A DNA stretch of 23,075 bases. It comes from Azolla caroliniana (taxonomy: Eukaryota; Plantae; Polypodiophyta). Made by a program: the position numbers and the translations under genes. Under the pieces are notes generated by a model. That model did not search any database. It saw only the letters and a program-made list of their open reading frames with translations, and was not told where the DNA came from. Below, in pieces: positions 21,953-23,075 of this stretch (its first letter is position 1; the number at the start of each line of letters is the position of its first letter). The stretch covers positions 1 through 23,075 of the forward strand of contig JBHGNT010000491.1 of assembly GCA_043228905.1 (NCBI GenBank). The letters run 5' to 3'.

Positions 21953-23075
21953 TTATAATAGAACAAATCACACACCCTCCATGGAGCGTGCGTGTGTCTA
22001 GTCATTCATTCAATCATAGGTTCTTTAAGGCCCTTTGATTCTTCTTGTAACTTCTCTCTCGTATATGCCAGGTGTAATTTGTGGTTCATCAGCATGGTGT
22101 GCTTAGGGGGACATAATATGCATAATCTTTGCTTATGAACTCGACAAACATGATGATCCCATCCATCCAAAGATGTAGAGATTACGATCACGCAAATGTG
22201 AGTTTATCATCATTCAATTGATCACGGAGTGATGCTCTCAATATATTTGAGAAATTGCATGAAAATCATAAATAATGATTGTTCTTCACTTATGAAGATA
22301 ATGGTGGTACAATACTGCAATCAAGGTTCAATAGAGTATGCTTCTTAAAACGAAGCAAGAACCTATATCGAATTGTGGGCTACATTTGAATGATTGTGCA
22401 AGAACCTATCACCTATCATGAAGATAGGAACAATCGAATTCTTCACAAAATGATCATCAATAAGTTGGATTCAATGTGTAAAGAGAGGAAACATTACAAA
22501 AGAGGATTGTAAAGCACCTTCACTCTATATTCAAAAACAAGTAATAATCAATAACCACCGTCACATGGGAAATCTATTAATGTGCATCAATTAAGATTTA
22601 CTAGTGATAAATTGTTCTCTCATCGCATCTCTAATTATGCTTAAGGGGTTGTCTCATATCGTAGACAAATGAGATCAACAATACATCCATTGACTCAAGA
22701 AGGGAATTTAAAACCAAAGCCAAATTTGAACAAATTGTAACCATTACCACTAAAACAACAATGGTCTCAAAGCAAAGAATTTGTATCAAGCCTCAACACA
22801 CCAATCACTTTCGACCACCTCAAGCATCACCAACATTGACCACACACAACTGATTTCCAAACCAAAAAGCAATGTTTTGAAGTGAAACTAGCACATGTAA
22901 GGGTGGAAGTCACTCTAGTGTGCCTTGTGCTAATGCAAGTTACAACATTCACTTGGATCAATACTTAAGATTTTCAAGAAGGTTCTTTAGATACAAGAAA
23001 ATATGCCTCATATTGAAATGTGGAAAGCAATCATAATTCAGCATTAACAAGGTCTTGTGAGCTACCTTCAAGCTT

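Noticed and set aside
22651-22661. USE-like GTCTCATATCG as a further promoter copy
   Set aside because: It has two mismatches, no TATA at the expected offset and no RNA homology downstream.

Overview
Land-plant nuclear DNA, AT-rich and dense in transposons. The left end holds a degenerate minus-strand Ty1/copia element (5' LTR, tRNA-Met PBS, gag-PR-INT-RT, running off the window) and a 5'-truncated LINE. One intact five-exon minus-strand gene encodes a mitochondrial-type SSB (214 aa, 8532-11025). From about 11.9 kb to 22.6 kb lies an old, locally duplicated block of RNA polymerase III-type genes. It contains two U6 snRNA genes with USE+TATA promoters. On the opposite strand are two intact copies, one diverged copy and one fragment of a ~100-nt RNA gene I cannot assign to any family I recognise. 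The three complete copies have U6-like USE-TATA spacing; the two intact ones also have a C/D-box K-turn terminal motif, internal stems and an oligo-T terminator. The block is interrupted by a second copia fragment, a LINE RT remnant carrying a solo LTR, two hAT-like non-autonomous elements and several tandem repeats. All coordinates and alignments were done by eye and no database searches were run.
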